49,054 nt of DNA from Bacteroidota bacterium (GCA_041170785.1 JBEDND010000023.1:1-49054), one strand, 5' to 3'. Counted from the stretch's first letter, positions 9,172 through 20,900 are shown. The notes: generated by a model from the sequence alone, not told the origin. A program made the numbers and translations.

Positions 9172-10377
9172 ATGAATATTGGATTGCTTCGCGAGCGCAA
9201 ATCTCCACCGGATGAACGGGTAGCACTCACCCCGGTTCAGTGTGTAAGTATTCAAAAACGTTACCCTGAGGTGAAAATATGGGTGGAAAGCAGTTCTTCG
9301 CGGACATTCAGCGATGAAGAATACCGCTTCGCGGGAATTCCGGTAGTGGAAAAACTCGACCATTGTGACGTGCTGCTCGGCATCAAAGAAGTGCCACCTG
9401 AGTTTTTGCTGGAAGGAAAAACGTACTTCTTCTTCTCCCATACCATCAAGAAACAGCCATACAACCAGAAGTTGCTGCGCACCGCCCTGGATAAAAACAT
9501 AGAACTTTATGACTATGAAACCTTGAAATGGGAGAACGGTCAACGGGTTCTGGGTTTTGGTCGCTGGGCCGGAATTGTGGGCGCCTACAACGCCTTCCTG
9601 ACCTGGGGGCGGAAACGCGGCACTTTTACCTTAAAACCGGCCTGGCAATGCCATGACTACGCAGAACTGCTGCGTGAATGTGCCAAAATCAATACCGGAC
9701 ACATCAAGATTGCCCTAACCGGGGCCGGACGTGTGGCCAATGGAACCCTGGAACTGCTGAGGCAACTGAATATTTTGGAAGTTACTCCGGAAGATTTCCT
9801 CCTCCGCAATTACGAACAGCCTGTTTTTGTGCATCTGAACAGCCATGAACTGTACCGGCACAAATCGGGTAAGCTTTGGAACACGGCTCATTTCTACAAC
9901 CACCACAGCGAATACGAAAGCAGTTTCCGTTCTTTCCTTCCCGTTTGTGACATGCTGATCAATGGCATCTTCTGGACCGAAGACCTGCCCCGCCTGTTTG
10001 AAAAATCCGATACCACCTGGCCCGGTTTCAAAATCAGTGTGATTGCGGATATTTCCTGCGATGTAGAAGGATCCGTGCCCATTACCGTGGATGCTACCAG
10101 CATCAAAGATCCGGTGTTCGGCTGGGACCCTGTAAAACAGGAACGCTGTGCACCCTTTCTGCCCGATACCATTGACGTGATGGCCGTGGGAAATCTACCC
10201 AACGAATTGCCCCGCGATGCAAGCAGTGAATTCGGTGAACGCCTGTTTCACGATGTCATCCCAGAGTTGTTTGCTGCTCAAAGTGTCATGCTGGACGCGG
10301 CCAGAATTACCCGCGGAGGAACACTCACGGAGCGTTTCGCCTACCTCAGCGACTACGCATATCCCGAAGAAGCATAA
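9172..10377 (+). CDS. Alanine dehydrogenase/PNT-fold oxidoreductase, saccharopine/lysine-ketoglutarate-reductase-like
   Basis: The ORF-track start is TTG at 9160, but ATG at 9172 (MNIGLLRERKSPPDERVALTP) is more plausible. Conserved blocks are GIKEVP..L..GKTYFFFSHTIKKQPYNQKLL and a Rossmann-like IALTGAGRVANG. Confidence 0.65.
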   Translation: MNIGLLRERKSPPDERVALTPVQCVSIQKRYPEVKIWVESSSSRTFSDEEYRFAGIPVVEKLDHCDVLLGIKEVPPEFLLEGKTYFFFSHTIKKQPYNQKLLRTALDKNIELYDYETLKWENGQRVLGFGRWAGIVGAYNAFLTWGRKRGTFTLKPAWQCHDYAELLRECAKINTGHIKIALTGAGRVANGTLELLRQLNILEVTPEDFLLRNYEQPVFVHLNSHELYRHKSGKLWNTAHFYNHHSEYESSFRSFLPVCDMLINGIFWTEDLPRLFEKSDTTWPGFKISVIADISCDVEGSVPITVDATSIKDPVFGWDPVKQERCAPFLPDTIDVMAVGNLPNELPRDASSEFGERLFHDVIPELFAAQSVMLDAARITRGGTLTERFAYLSDYAYPEEA

Positions 10378-10381
10378 AGCT

Positions 10382-11719
10382 TTAGCGCAACATTACTTTT
10401 TGCGTGGCAGTAATGCCTTCGGTATTGCTCAGGAGCAGCAGATAGGTGCCGGATTTTAATCCTTTTGTATGAACAAGTTGCTGTGTACCTGTGCAATTTC
10501 CACCGATGAGCAAACGTCCACTCAGATCGTACAAACCCCAGGTAAATGTACCTGAAGTTGGAACCGAAAACCCGAAGGAACCCTCAGAGGGATTGGGGAA
10601 AACCTTTAGATTCAAGGCCCTTTGTGCTTTGTTCAAACCACTGGTAAATCCACCGGGAACCGGACCACAAGGTGTCGGCGCCTGAGGCAGATAACCAAGG
10701 TAATCAAGTTTAAAAGCAATCATGGAATACCTGCGGTGATCGTAAATACGCGCCTTGATTTGGGATGTATCGGAAGTGCCCCAGTAGTTCCCGGACCAGC
10801 TCCAGTTTTGAACCACCGGTGTACTTGTGTTGTTTAAAAAATATGCCGCGTAGGTGCAGCGCAGAAAGGCGTTTCCTGAAATGGTAAAACTGTCTTTGGC
10901 AATTCCTTTGGAAGGCAAATAGAGGCCGTAATAGGTGCTGTCCACAAAATTATCCCGGATGACAAAACGCCCATGCCCGGAGGCAAGTGCTGACAAATTG
11001 ATTCCATAATAAATGCCCTTGAAAAAATTGCACTCAATCACTGCCTGTTTGGTGTGCGCCTGTCCATAAAGCCCATAATACGTATTGGTTCCCCCGAGAA
11101 ACAAACATTTGCGCACCACATTGCTGCTGCCCATGTACAGATATCCCCCGTTGACGATGGTATCTTCGGTGAGTTCCAAATGCCAGTTCTTGTATGAATT
11201 GAAGACAGAATAACCATTGGTTCTGCCCAGAACTTTACTGTTGCTTAGGTAAACGTCCACCGAATCTGTGCTGGCGGAAATGGCATAAAATACGTCCTCG
11301 AATACACAGTGATGGGCATACACATCAGCCTTGCTGCTGCGCAGCGCCGTTCCCGCCTGTCCGGGCGCAAAATGTGTATACACGAACTTGGAACCCGCGC
11401 CACTTCCTTTTTGATACCCAACCGAACCATTATTGAATACCACCACCATGTTTTCCAGGCGAATCAAACTGTCTTTTTTACCCAAACATTGAAGTTCCCC
11501 GTTCACGAAGAGTGAAAATGAACCTGTGGACTGAATGCGCACTCCGGGCATCACAAGCAGGCTGCCGCCCTTGGCAATGGTCACCGAAGCATTCATGGTG
11601 TACGGACTGTTTGCGGCATCCAGAATGGTGATTCCGGTGATGCTGGCCGGGAGGGTTGCTGCCTGTGCACCCATGTTGAGACACAGGGAAAGAAGTGCGG
11701 TGCCAAAAATGCGTTTCAT
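10382..11719 (-). CDS. Secreted parallel-beta-helix-like protein with T9SS type A C-terminal sorting domain
   Basis: 445-aa ORF with signal peptide MKRIFGTALLSLCLNMGAQA. Repetitive N/G/Y-rich beta-helix-like middle. C-terminus VFPNPSEGSF..LYDLSGRLL..LKSGTYLLLL matches the Por_Secre_tail (TIGR04183-type) pattern. Confidence 0.75.
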   Translation of the reverse strand: MKRIFGTALLSLCLNMGAQAATLPASITGITILDAANSPYTMNASVTIAKGGSLLVMPGVRIQSTGSFSLFVNGELQCLGKKDSLIRLENMVVVFNNGSVGYQKGSGAGSKFVYTHFAPGQAGTALRSSKADVYAHHCVFEDVFYAISASTDSVDVYLSNSKVLGRTNGYSVFNSYKNWHLELTEDTIVNGGYLYMGSSNVVRKCLFLGGTNTYYGLYGQAHTKQAVIECNFFKGIYYGINLSALASGHGRFVIRDNFVDSTYYGLYLPSKGIAKDSFTISGNAFLRCTYAAYFLNNTSTPVVQNWSWSGNYWGTSDTSQIKARIYDHRRYSMIAFKLDYLGYLPQAPTPCGPVPGGFTSGLNKAQRALNLKVFPNPSEGSFGFSVPTSGTFTWGLYDLSGRLLIGGNCTGTQQLVHTKGLKSGTYLLLLSNTEGITATQKVMLR

Positions 11720-11890
11720 GGAAAAGTAAAAAACGAAAATATAGCATTAAACACCAGAATCCGATAACCTGTGGGCTCATGACGCAATCCAGACAAAAGA
11801 ACCCGGTTTCCTGGCGGGATGAGAAACCAAATTCGACAGACAAAAATATTTGCATGATTTTTGAGGTGTGGAAATGAACGATTGATATTC

Positions 11891-12310
11891 ATGCACACCA
11901 ACCGCACTTTTACCATGATTAAGCCGGATGCCGTTGCCAACGGACATGCCGGAAAAATCCTTGACCACATCATCCAGGCCGGTTTCAGGGTAGTGGCCCT
12001 GAAGTACACGCAGCTGAGCACAGCTCAGGCAGAAGCATTCTACGGCATCCACCGTGAACGTCCTTTCTTTAACGATCTGGTTTCGTTCATGACCAGCGGT
12101 CCGATTTATGCAGCCATTCTGGAAAAAGACAACGCTGTAGAAGATTTCCGCAAACTGATTGGTGCCACCGACCCACAGAAAGCAGAGGCCGGAACCATCC
12201 GCAACCTGTTTGCCAAAAGCATTGATGCCAATGCCATCCATGGCAGCGACAGCAATGAAAACGCTGCCATTGAAGGCAATTATTTCTTTTCCGAGTTTGA
12301 GCGGTTCTGA
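11891..12310 (+). CDS. ndk: Nucleoside-diphosphate kinase
   Basis: [12 protein letters not shown]-type N-terminus ([20 protein letters not shown]), plus [26 protein letters not shown] and the catalytic-site context NAIHGSDS. The ATG at 11891 is preferred over the track start at 11861. Confidence 0.92.
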   Translation: MHTNRTFTMIKPDAVANGHAGKILDHIIQAGFRVVALKYTQLSTAQAEAFYGIHRERPFFNDLVSFMTSGPIYAAILEKDNAVEDFRKLIGATDPQKAEAGTIRNLFAKSIDANAIHGSDSNENAAIEGNYFFSEFERF

Positions 12311-12335
12311 GTACCGAACCAAGTATGAACATTTG

Positions 12336-12368
12336 GAAACCCCGGAAAATCCGGGGTTTCTGTTTTTT
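12336..12368 (+). terminator. Intrinsic terminator of ndk
   Basis: Hairpin GAAACCCCGG-AAAAT-CCGGGGTTTC followed by TGTTTTTT. Confidence 0.8.
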
Positions 12369-12379
12369 AGAAGTCGACC

Positions 12380-13045
12380 ATGTTTGAAACCCAACTGTTG
12401 ATTAATGAGCTGCGCGGCGCCGCAAATTCAGAGCTGGCGCCAGCCATGGCATCATACATGAAAAACCTGTTTCCGTTTCTGGGGATCAAGAAACCGGAGC
12501 GGGCCGCATTGCTGAAACCCTGGCTGCAGCAGGCACGGATTGCCACGTTGGAACAAATACACCTGGCCGTGCTAACACTTTGGGAACAGCCGGAACGCGA
12601 GTTCCAATATGCAGCCATGAACCTCATGGACACGAAAAAGAAGCAGTGGAATGCAGATAGCTTTGCCCTGATGGAGTCGCTCATCCTGCATAAATCGTGG
12701 TGGGATACCGTGGACCACATCGCGGCCAACCAAATTGGCGCCTACCTATTGCAGCAAACGCCCGATTTCAGGAGGAAGAATGCCCTGCGTTGGAGCAAAC
12801 ACCAAAGCATGTGGCTCAACCGCACAGCGCTCATCTTTCAGTTGAAATTCAAGCAACACACCGATGCAGATTTGCTGTTTCAACTCGTGGAAATCCACAG
12901 TGCTTCCAAAGAGTTCTTCATCAGAAAAGCCATTGGCTGGGCGCTGCGGCAATACGCCTATACCGCACCCGATGAAGTGCGCGCATTGCTTCAATGTACC
13001 CCATTGCACGCGCTCAGCCTGCGCGAAGCGTCCAAACACCTCTGA
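12380..13045 (+). CDS. DNA alkylation repair protein (AlkD-like HEAT-repeat family)
   Basis: 221-aa helical ORF. The N-terminal pattern (..ELAPAMASYMKNLFPFLGIKKPERAAL..) and the C-terminal FIRKAIGWALRQYA motif are typical of PF08713-type proteins. Confidence 0.7.
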   Translation: MFETQLLINELRGAANSELAPAMASYMKNLFPFLGIKKPERAALLKPWLQQARIATLEQIHLAVLTLWEQPEREFQYAAMNLMDTKKKQWNADSFALMESLILHKSWWDTVDHIAANQIGAYLLQQTPDFRRKNALRWSKHQSMWLNRTALIFQLKFKQHTDADLLFQLVEIHSASKEFFIRKAIGWALRQYAYTAPDEVRALLQCTPLHALSLREASKHL

Positions 13046-13111
13046 ACAGAAGTTACCTTCATCGGGAGCTGCTGAACTACCCGCGCGCAGCTTTGTTACC
13101 TTTGCCTGAAC

Positions 13112-14350
13112 ATGGCCCGCGAACTCCACCAAGTACACACCTTTGCCAATGGACTCCGATTGGTTCATCAGCGCGTTAGTGGCACCCGTTTGGCCCACAT
13201 TGGATACGTTATTCGCGCCGGCAGCCGCAACGATGGCGCATGGCCGGGCATGGCACATTGCTTTGAACACATGATGTTTAAAGGCACCGAAAAACGAAAA
13301 GCCATTCACGTACTCAACCGCCTTGAAACCGTGGGCGGCGAACTTAATGCATTCACTACCAAGGAGATAACCAGCGTTTATGCAAGTGTTACTACAGAGC
13401 ATTTCAGCCGTGCCGCAGAACTGCTTACCGACGTGAGTTTCCACAGCGTTTTTCCGGAACATGAACTGCGCAAAGAGCAACAGGTAATCTGTGAAGAAAT
13501 CAACCTGTACCGCGACACACCAGAAGAAAACATCTACGACGAATTTCAGGAACAGGTTTTTGAAGGCCATCCTTTGGCAGGAAATATCCTGGGCACGCCC
13601 GAATCTGTTCGTGGTATGAAACGCAAAGACCTGGTTGCGTTTAGAAATCAATACTACGGACCCGAGAATGTGGTTCTTGCTGTGGTAGGAAACATCAGCC
13701 TTCAACGAGCGATACGCACGTTTGAACCGCTGCTTGATAAGATTCCATTATATCAAAACGGGAAGCGCAACACAGCCGCGGTACACAAATACAAGGCTGA
13801 AAAAAACACCAAAACCACCGACCATGTGCAGAGCTACGGAATCTTGGGCAACCTTGCCTATCCGTATGTGCACCCCAAACGCTGGCCGCTCATCCTGCTG
13901 AACAACGTACTTGGCGGACCAGGCCTCAACTCCAGGCTCAACCTGGCCATCCGCGAGAAATATGGGTTCACCTATAGCGTGGAAAGCGGCTACGCCTCTT
14001 TCGAAGATTCCGGCCTGTTCCATTGCTACGTGAGCAGCGATAAAAAGAACCTGTATCGTGCCATCCAGCTTATAGAAAAAGAGTTAAAAAGGCTGTGTGA
14101 TAAGAAATTGGGCGTCATCCAAATGCACAATGCCATCAACCAACTGAAAGGCCAGATCGTGATGTCGGATGAACACCGCAACGGACTGATGCTGCATCTT
14201 GGGAAAAATGTGCTGCAAAACGGCCGCGTGGACAGCCTCGAACAGGTACTTACCAAGATAGATGCCATCAGGTCGGAAGATCTTTTGGAAGTTGCCAATG
14301 AAATCTTCAATTTCGAACAACTAAGTTATTTGCTGTACCTACCTGAATGA
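13112..14350 (+). CDS. M16-family (pitrilysin-like) zinc peptidase
   Basis: 412-aa ORF with the inverted zinc-binding motif HxxEH in GMAHCFEHMMFKGT, a downstream glutamate region (ICEEINLYRDTPEE), and a length typical of a single M16 subunit. Confidence 0.85.
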   Translation: MARELHQVHTFANGLRLVHQRVSGTRLAHIGYVIRAGSRNDGAWPGMAHCFEHMMFKGTEKRKAIHVLNRLETVGGELNAFTTKEITSVYASVTTEHFSRAAELLTDVSFHSVFPEHELRKEQQVICEEINLYRDTPEENIYDEFQEQVFEGHPLAGNILGTPESVRGMKRKDLVAFRNQYYGPENVVLAVVGNISLQRAIRTFEPLLDKIPLYQNGKRNTAAVHKYKAEKNTKTTDHVQSYGILGNLAYPYVHPKRWPLILLNNVLGGPGLNSRLNLAIREKYGFTYSVESGYASFEDSGLFHCYVSSDKKNLYRAIQLIEKELKRLCDKKLGVIQMHNAINQLKGQIVMSDEHRNGLMLHLGKNVLQNGRVDSLEQVLTKIDAIRSEDLLEVANEIFNFEQLSYLLYLPE

Positions 14351-14982
14351 TTCCGGCACATATCAGGAAATACATCATCGCAGGGGAAAGCGAAACGCTT
14401 GATTTCAAGCAAACCATCAGCAGCGCAGCCAAAATTGCCAAAACGATGGTGAGTTTCGCCAACCACAAGGGTGGAACCATCCTGGTAGGCGTGCGCGACA
14501 ACAAAACCATCGGCGGCATCAAGAGTGAAGACGAAAAATACATGCTGGACTTGGCCGCACATTTCTTTTGCAAGCCAGAAATCAACCTGGTGTTGGTGGA
14601 ACACGAGGCAGAAGGGAAAACCATCATAGAAGCCATCGTACCCAAGGGCACAGCCCGCCCCTATTACGCCAAGGATGAACAAGGAAAATGGTGGGTTTAT
14701 GTTCGGGTGAACGACCAATGTATTTTGGCAAGTAAGGTTACTGTTGATGTGATGAAACGCCAACAGAGTCCATATGACAAAACCTTCAGTTTCACTCCTT
14801 TAGAGCGAAACATCTTGCGCATGATTGAAACCCAGGTGAAGGTTACCATGCCTCAGGTTTGTCAGGCATTCAACATCAGCAGGCGCCGCGCCACACGCAT
14901 CCTGGTGAACCTGTTGAGCGTGGGCGTATTGCGCAGCCATACTACTGAAAAAACAGAGTTTTATTCGCTCGGCGAACCGTAA
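14347..14982 (+). CDS. AlbA_2 (Schlafen-like) putative DNA-binding domain protein with C-terminal winged-HTH
   Basis: 211-aa ORF. GESETLDFKQ..IAKTMVSFANHKGGTILVGVRDNKTIGGI matches the AlbA_2 (PF04326) signature. The C-terminal third (MPQVCQAFNISRRRATRILVNLLSVGVL) looks like a wHTH. The start ATG overlaps the M16 stop (ATGA). Confidence 0.6.
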   Translation: MIPAHIRKYIIAGESETLDFKQTISSAAKIAKTMVSFANHKGGTILVGVRDNKTIGGIKSEDEKYMLDLAAHFFCKPEINLVLVEHEAEGKTIIEAIVPKGTARPYYAKDEQGKWWVYVRVNDQCILASKVTVDVMKRQQSPYDKTFSFTPLERNILRMIETQVKVTMPQVCQAFNISRRRATRILVNLLSVGVLRSHTTEKTEFYSLGEP

Positions 14983-14988
14983 AGGCAT

Positions 14989-17900
14989 TTACCGGATCAG
15001 GTGGAATGTGGCCTGATGCCAATGCCGCACACCCTGGTAATCCTCCAGATTCAGCAAAACCACGTAAACGCCGGCAGGAACAAGACTTCCGCGGAAGGTG
15101 CCATCCCAGGGTTCGCTGTTCTGGGTTTGATAAATCAACTCGCCCCAACGACTGTAAATCTTCATGTCATACGCCGTGATTCCCTGTCCAACAGGCCCGA
15201 AAACCTCGTTCTTTCCGTCGCGATTCGGCGTAAAGGCATCCGGTAAATACATCGTGTATATAAAGCTGATATATACCGGCTTGCTGAACGTGTCTGCGCA
15301 ACCTTCCTTATTCGCAACATATTGAACTGCACGATACCATCCACTGTCGGCATAACGATGCACAAAATCGCGCTTCACATGTCTGTTTCCATCGCCGGTC
15401 GTGTACCAAAGCGTATCCGCCCCGATGCTGTTGTCAAAGAAGCTGATTACCGGGTTCAATACCGTGGCACCCTCGTCGGGTAAGGTGGTGAAACCGGCTA
15501 TCGGCATCGGGTGAACGACTACCCGCTTTACGGTGTCATACTGACAATTGTAACTGGTGGAAATGGAGTGCTTCACCAGATAAACGCCTTCGCGCTTGTA
15601 AGTGTAAGTTGGGTCCTTGGCTGCAGAAGTCCTTCCGTCGTTAAAATCCCAGAAATACCTGGAAATGGCGGCACCGGGTGAAATGCTGGCATCCTGAAAA
15701 CTGGTGGCATTTCCAAAACATACCGTATCTGCATTAAAGTTAACAATCACCTTATCATAGGTAGCCACCGTTTTCACCGCGGAATCTGCGCAACCACGAT
15801 CACTGTATGCCAACAACGAGACGCGCCAGGTTCCTGCAGAAGGATAAGCATGCGTAGGGTAGCCAACGGCCGCGGTGTCGCCGTCGCCAAAATTCCAGCG
15901 GATGGAACGCACGATTCCGCCAGCCAGACTGATGGTGTCGCTGAAACTCAGTTTGTTGTCGTAACACTTATTGGTAAAACCAAAGGCAACCCTGGGAAGT
16001 GCATGCACCCGAACCGTGGTAAACGTGTCGTACACGCATTGACGGTCCGTTAGGATGCGTAAATCAACCCGATAATTTCCCGGAGTCAGGTATCTGTACA
16101 GTTGATTCTGCGAAAGCGAGGAATCTCCGTCTCCGAAGCGCCAGATCCAATTTGACGGTATTCCGTTTCCAACATAAGTTCCTTCAAAACGGCCATATTC
16201 CTTGTGGCAATGGTTGGAAGTAGCAATCTGTGGTCTTGCCGCACCATGAACTACCACATTCTTTAGTACTGAATCGCGACAACCCTGTTCACTTTCTTCC
16301 ATCAGCTTCACCAGATAAATTCCACCTATAGCATAGCGATGCAGCGGATGAATCAATGTTGAAGTTGAACCATCGGCAAGGTCCCAATGGCGTTTGGCAA
16401 TTCTTCCTGTGGGAATTACAGAACTGTCTCTAAACCTGCTGTAGTTGCCTTCACATACGCTGTCCACGTAAAAATCAGGACGTGGCAAAGGATAAACCCA
16501 AACTGAATCCGTCAGGCTGTCGGCACAACCAAAGCTGCTGCGCACGTGCAGGTACACGCGGTTGAATTGTTCCGTGCTGCTGCGGTGGGCAATTTTTGCA
16601 GTTTGGTAACCGGAGGTTCCATCAATCACCCAGCGATGACTTTGCAGCACATCGCCTTGCAACACAGAACGATCTTCGAAATACAACGTATCGCCAAGAC
16701 AAACAGACTGCACGCTGAATGCGGCCACTGGTCTGGGATAAACCACAACCTCCTGCGCTATAGTATCTGAGCATCCCAGCACACTGCTGCTGACCAAACG
16801 TGCCAGGAAGGTATCGGAGGCAGCATATCTGTGTTTTACGGACCCCCCTGACAGGGTAAATCCATCACCCGGAAGCCAAACAGGAAGCGACAATGTACCG
16901 CTGCTTAGGGAACTTTGATCCACAAACAACATACTGTCGCCGAAACAAACCGGATTTGCCGTGAATTGTGCGCGGGGTCTGGGTTTCACATCCACCGCTG
17001 TTTCAAAAGTATCAAGGCAGCCGGCATCGCTCTGGCTGATCAGCCGGACTGGTTGCATGAACATGCCCTTCATGTCCACAACGTGCTCCGTGCCGTTCAG
17101 GGTATCTTTGGTACCCAACTTCCAGTACCGCGAAATAATAAGGCCCTCTGCAAGTGTGCTTGAATCTGTTACGCGCAATTCCTGGCCCTCACAGGCAAAA
17201 TTCCAAACAAACCTGGAAACTGGATAAGGCATCATATTCACCCTGCTGGTATCACTGCGCATACATCCATTCTTATCCACCGCAAAAACCTTGTATGTGG
17301 TTGAAGCTGCGGGCGCTGCCAGCACAGTTGAGCCGCTGGTATCTGACAATCCCGCGGAAGGAAACCAACGGTAGCGTATGGGCGATGCGCTGCCGGAGCC
17401 TGTTGCAGAAAGCAACACCGGCCTGCCCCTGCAAACGGAAGTATCGGCCAAACGCGCGGTAACAAAAGGCAGTGGATGCACTTCTACGTTTACCGTATCG
17501 CGGCTGATGCACAGCCCGCGAATTGTGGTTAGATTCAAAGGATAGGATTCGGAAACCCCTGATTGATTGACCAGCAGACAGCGCGGCCGGGCCAATGTTT
17601 CGTCATCGACGGCAGCCGCAGGTTCCCATAAATACTTAAATCCGCTATTGGTAAACGTGCCCAGACGCAAACTGTCGCCTTCGCAAATTCGCTGATCCGG
17701 ACCGGCATTGGCTAAAGCAGGCGAGGGGAAGCGCAGCTGGCGGAAGGTACATGCACAACTGGCTGAATCGAGTACCGCGATGAGCGCACACGAATAACCG
17801 GCGCGCACACGAAGCGTTCTTTTTACGGTGCGGATGGCATTGGCCGGGAAAGAACCTTTCAGCGTATCACGTCCGAGCAAGGGGTCACCAGCGGAGACGG

Positions 17901-20900
17901 TTCCACTTCCATCGGCATCGTAGTGATATCGCAAAACAGCCGGTTTGCTTGCGCTTGACCAAACCCCTAAATTCTGAATATCGTAATGCACTTGCACCTG
18001 TTCACTGTCGTTGTGGAACTGTTGGGTATTGATGCTTCTCATCACAAAACCGGGCTGTGATTTAGCCAATGGTGGTGTAATGTTTGTACTGCCGGTGATT
18101 ACATTGATTTTGCACTTGGAATTGTCCTTCACACAAACAACTTCCTGCCGCACCACGGACTGACCGTACAAATCCTGTGGACCGCAGCCAAAGTAGCTTC
18201 CATCGGTTTGGTAACGGAATGAGAACTCAATGGAATCGCCGGGTTTGATGCTGGTAGGTAACGACCATTCCACCTCCTGTGCTCCGTTGATGTTTCTCAG
18301 GTTTACCTTGTGTGGACCGTTTCTGATGCGGTTCAGCGAAGATGTGTCATAGACCATTCCTTTCGGGAAAAGGATTTGAAACTTGTCTTCTGTAGCAGTT
18401 GTATCGGGACCTAAAACCAATACCCGCACCCGCATGTTGCCGGGTTTCTCGCAGGGAAGGATGGAATCTGACCACATCCGCACCTGGGTGAAGTAGGGCC
18501 GAACGGCGTTTTTAATATCCAAAGGATAGCTAACCACAGGAATCACAGGTACCGGATCTCCGCAGCGCAAACTCGCAGAAGCATTCACTTTCAGGTAGCT
18601 GCCAGAAGCATAATCACATGTGGTACGCACCCTGAAGCTGACCAGCATCTTGTTTTTAGAGGTATCGGTAGTTCCGCTAAATCCTGAAGCAAACAGGCTG
18701 CTTAGCGCTGCCAGATCCCACTGATACGTAATGCCGCTCAGTAGTTTTGGCGTAGGAATGCCCGTCCAGGAAGATTTCATTGGGTATTTCAAGGAAACAC
18801 TGCCCGGAACAACTTCAAGTCCGGGAGGAAGGTTGATTTGGATTTTGGGTTGATAGGCTGTGGTGGCCTGAATATTCTCAAGCAAAATGCGGTAAGGCGT
18901 TTCTGCACATAAATCGGCTATGCTGATGGAATCGCTTAAGGTAAGTTGCAGCCTCGTATTTTGGGGTTCCAGAAACAGCGTGGTTTCATTGGGTGAACAT
19001 TTGTAATCTGTGAATGACTGCGGGTATCCGGTACAGTTCCAGCCGGCAAAAATGCGGATGGAATCACGGGCACAACTGGTATAAACAGCCCGCACTTTAA
19101 AACGTCTGCTCTGGTTTAATCCCAGCGCACCGGCCCTGTAAATTCCATTAACCGGCTTGATGACCGTATCGCGAACCGCATCCCTGATTTCAACAACCCT
19201 GATGCTCCCGCCCGTTTGCGGACTGAGCCATACATTTAATGCTGTAAAACTGGTAGAAGGATTGGTATAGCGCAACTCCCACTCTGCCGTGTCTTCATAA
19301 GCGTACACCGTAGGAATGGTTGCCTGCAGCGACAAAGCCGGTTTGTTGAATTGCAGAAAGTCGTTATAAGCAGGAACCTTTGAGTTTACGGTATCAAAAC
19401 CCTTGCCCATATTTCCCTGCCGCTCCATGATGAAATCATAATGGACCGGCTGTGCACCGGCCGTAGAAAGATCGCATCCGGGTTGGATTAATGCCTGGAA
19501 ATACCCATAAAATCCATCATCGCTTGGAAACAAGCGCCCACCCGAATCGCTGTACAGTTTTCCAATGTCAAAAACAATCGGATTGATGGCGCCTTTGGAA
19601 GCTTGCAAGGTGTCGTACCGCTCCAGCACACTGGCATTTGTGCCGGCAGTTCGGTATTGACCTATTTGACCGAGTACCAAAGTCGCACCGGTAGGAAGAT
19701 ACAGGCGCACCGCTTTCAGTTTGCTCCAAGAACGGTATTCGAACGGGAAGTGATTTCCTCCGGCATAATTCGAACAGCAAGGTCCGATACTCAGGTAAAA
19801 GTTCTGGCTGATGTACAACTGATTGCAATTGTTCACATTGTAGGTTCCGGGAGCCCAGTTCACATAAAAAGAACCGGTAACCATCACAATTCCGGAGAAA
19901 CTGTCGCACTGAAAAGACTGGCTGTTATTGGGGTTGGGAACAGAACCGAAATAGAACCTGTTGTCAAACCGCGTAGGATAAACGGTATTACCAATATTCT
20001 TTGCCACGCGGTAACGTACCACCAGTTTCACACTGTCGTTATGGCTATACAAATAGGTAGGTGCGAAACAACCTCCTGTTGCAATGCTGTCAATGGTAAA
20101 ATCAAACCTGAAGGTTGCATTCAGCCCGGAAACCGTTTTGCGCCAGCGCACCCGATTACAGTTTCCTGAGATCTTGCTTCGGCCTTTATACACTTCCAGG
20201 TGAACGCCAACCACATCCAGAACACTGCCATAGGAAACTACCGATTCTGCATAGCCAAAGCGCCACAGAAAACTCGAACTGCTGCGCTGCACTTTACCAT
20301 AAAAAACAGACGTAATGGTATCGCCAAACATGGCCCGTTCGGCGCGGATTTTTGTTTTATCAACGGACCCTGAGGTATCAGGTTTTCCATTGTTGTCATT
20401 GTCGGGAAGGCCATAGCTGGTTCGCGCTACGGAGAAATTACGGAACAACATCCCACCGTTGCACGCGCTGCCACAATGCAAACGCACCTGCGTGGTGGTG
20501 CAGAAATTCCTCAGCCATAATCCAGGATGACAGGAAAAGTTGGGATTATACAGGAATGATACACTCAGGCTCTTGTTGCTGTTTCCGCTGGCTTTCGCAC
20601 AATCGGCCTTCAGGTAAATCAGCAATTCACCATTGTTGAGTGAAAATGGAGCCGGGTGCTTGAAAAAAGCCCGTACGGTATCGCCTATTTGCCGCACAGA
20701 ATCCGGTTTCCAGATTGCCGTGAGGTTGGCATTCTCAAAATATATGTCGTTGGTACTTAAACTGTGCGACAACCCTACCGGAAGCACCAAATCCACCCTG
20801 TATCGTGCAGAACTATGTGTGACCAGAAAGCTGTTGCTGGCAATTTGATAACGGAACAACTTGGTTTCCGTTTTTACAATATCGGTGGGCGTAAACGCCG

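Noticed and set aside
12746-13705. 319-aa minus-strand ORF spanning the end of the alkylation-repair gene, the intergenic gap and the start of the M16 peptidase gene
   Set aside because: It is antisense to two + strand ORFs that carry clear family motifs (FIRKAIGWALRQYA; HCFEHMMFKGT). Its translation has no recognisable motif and a shadow-frame composition. Long stop-free antisense frames recur throughout this window.
14975-14996. Hairpin ACCGTAAA-GGCA-TTTACCGGT spanning both stop codons at the AlbA_2 / giant-gene junction, as a bidirectional terminator
   Set aside because: It is a short bulged stem with no U-tract on either side. It is too weak to call.
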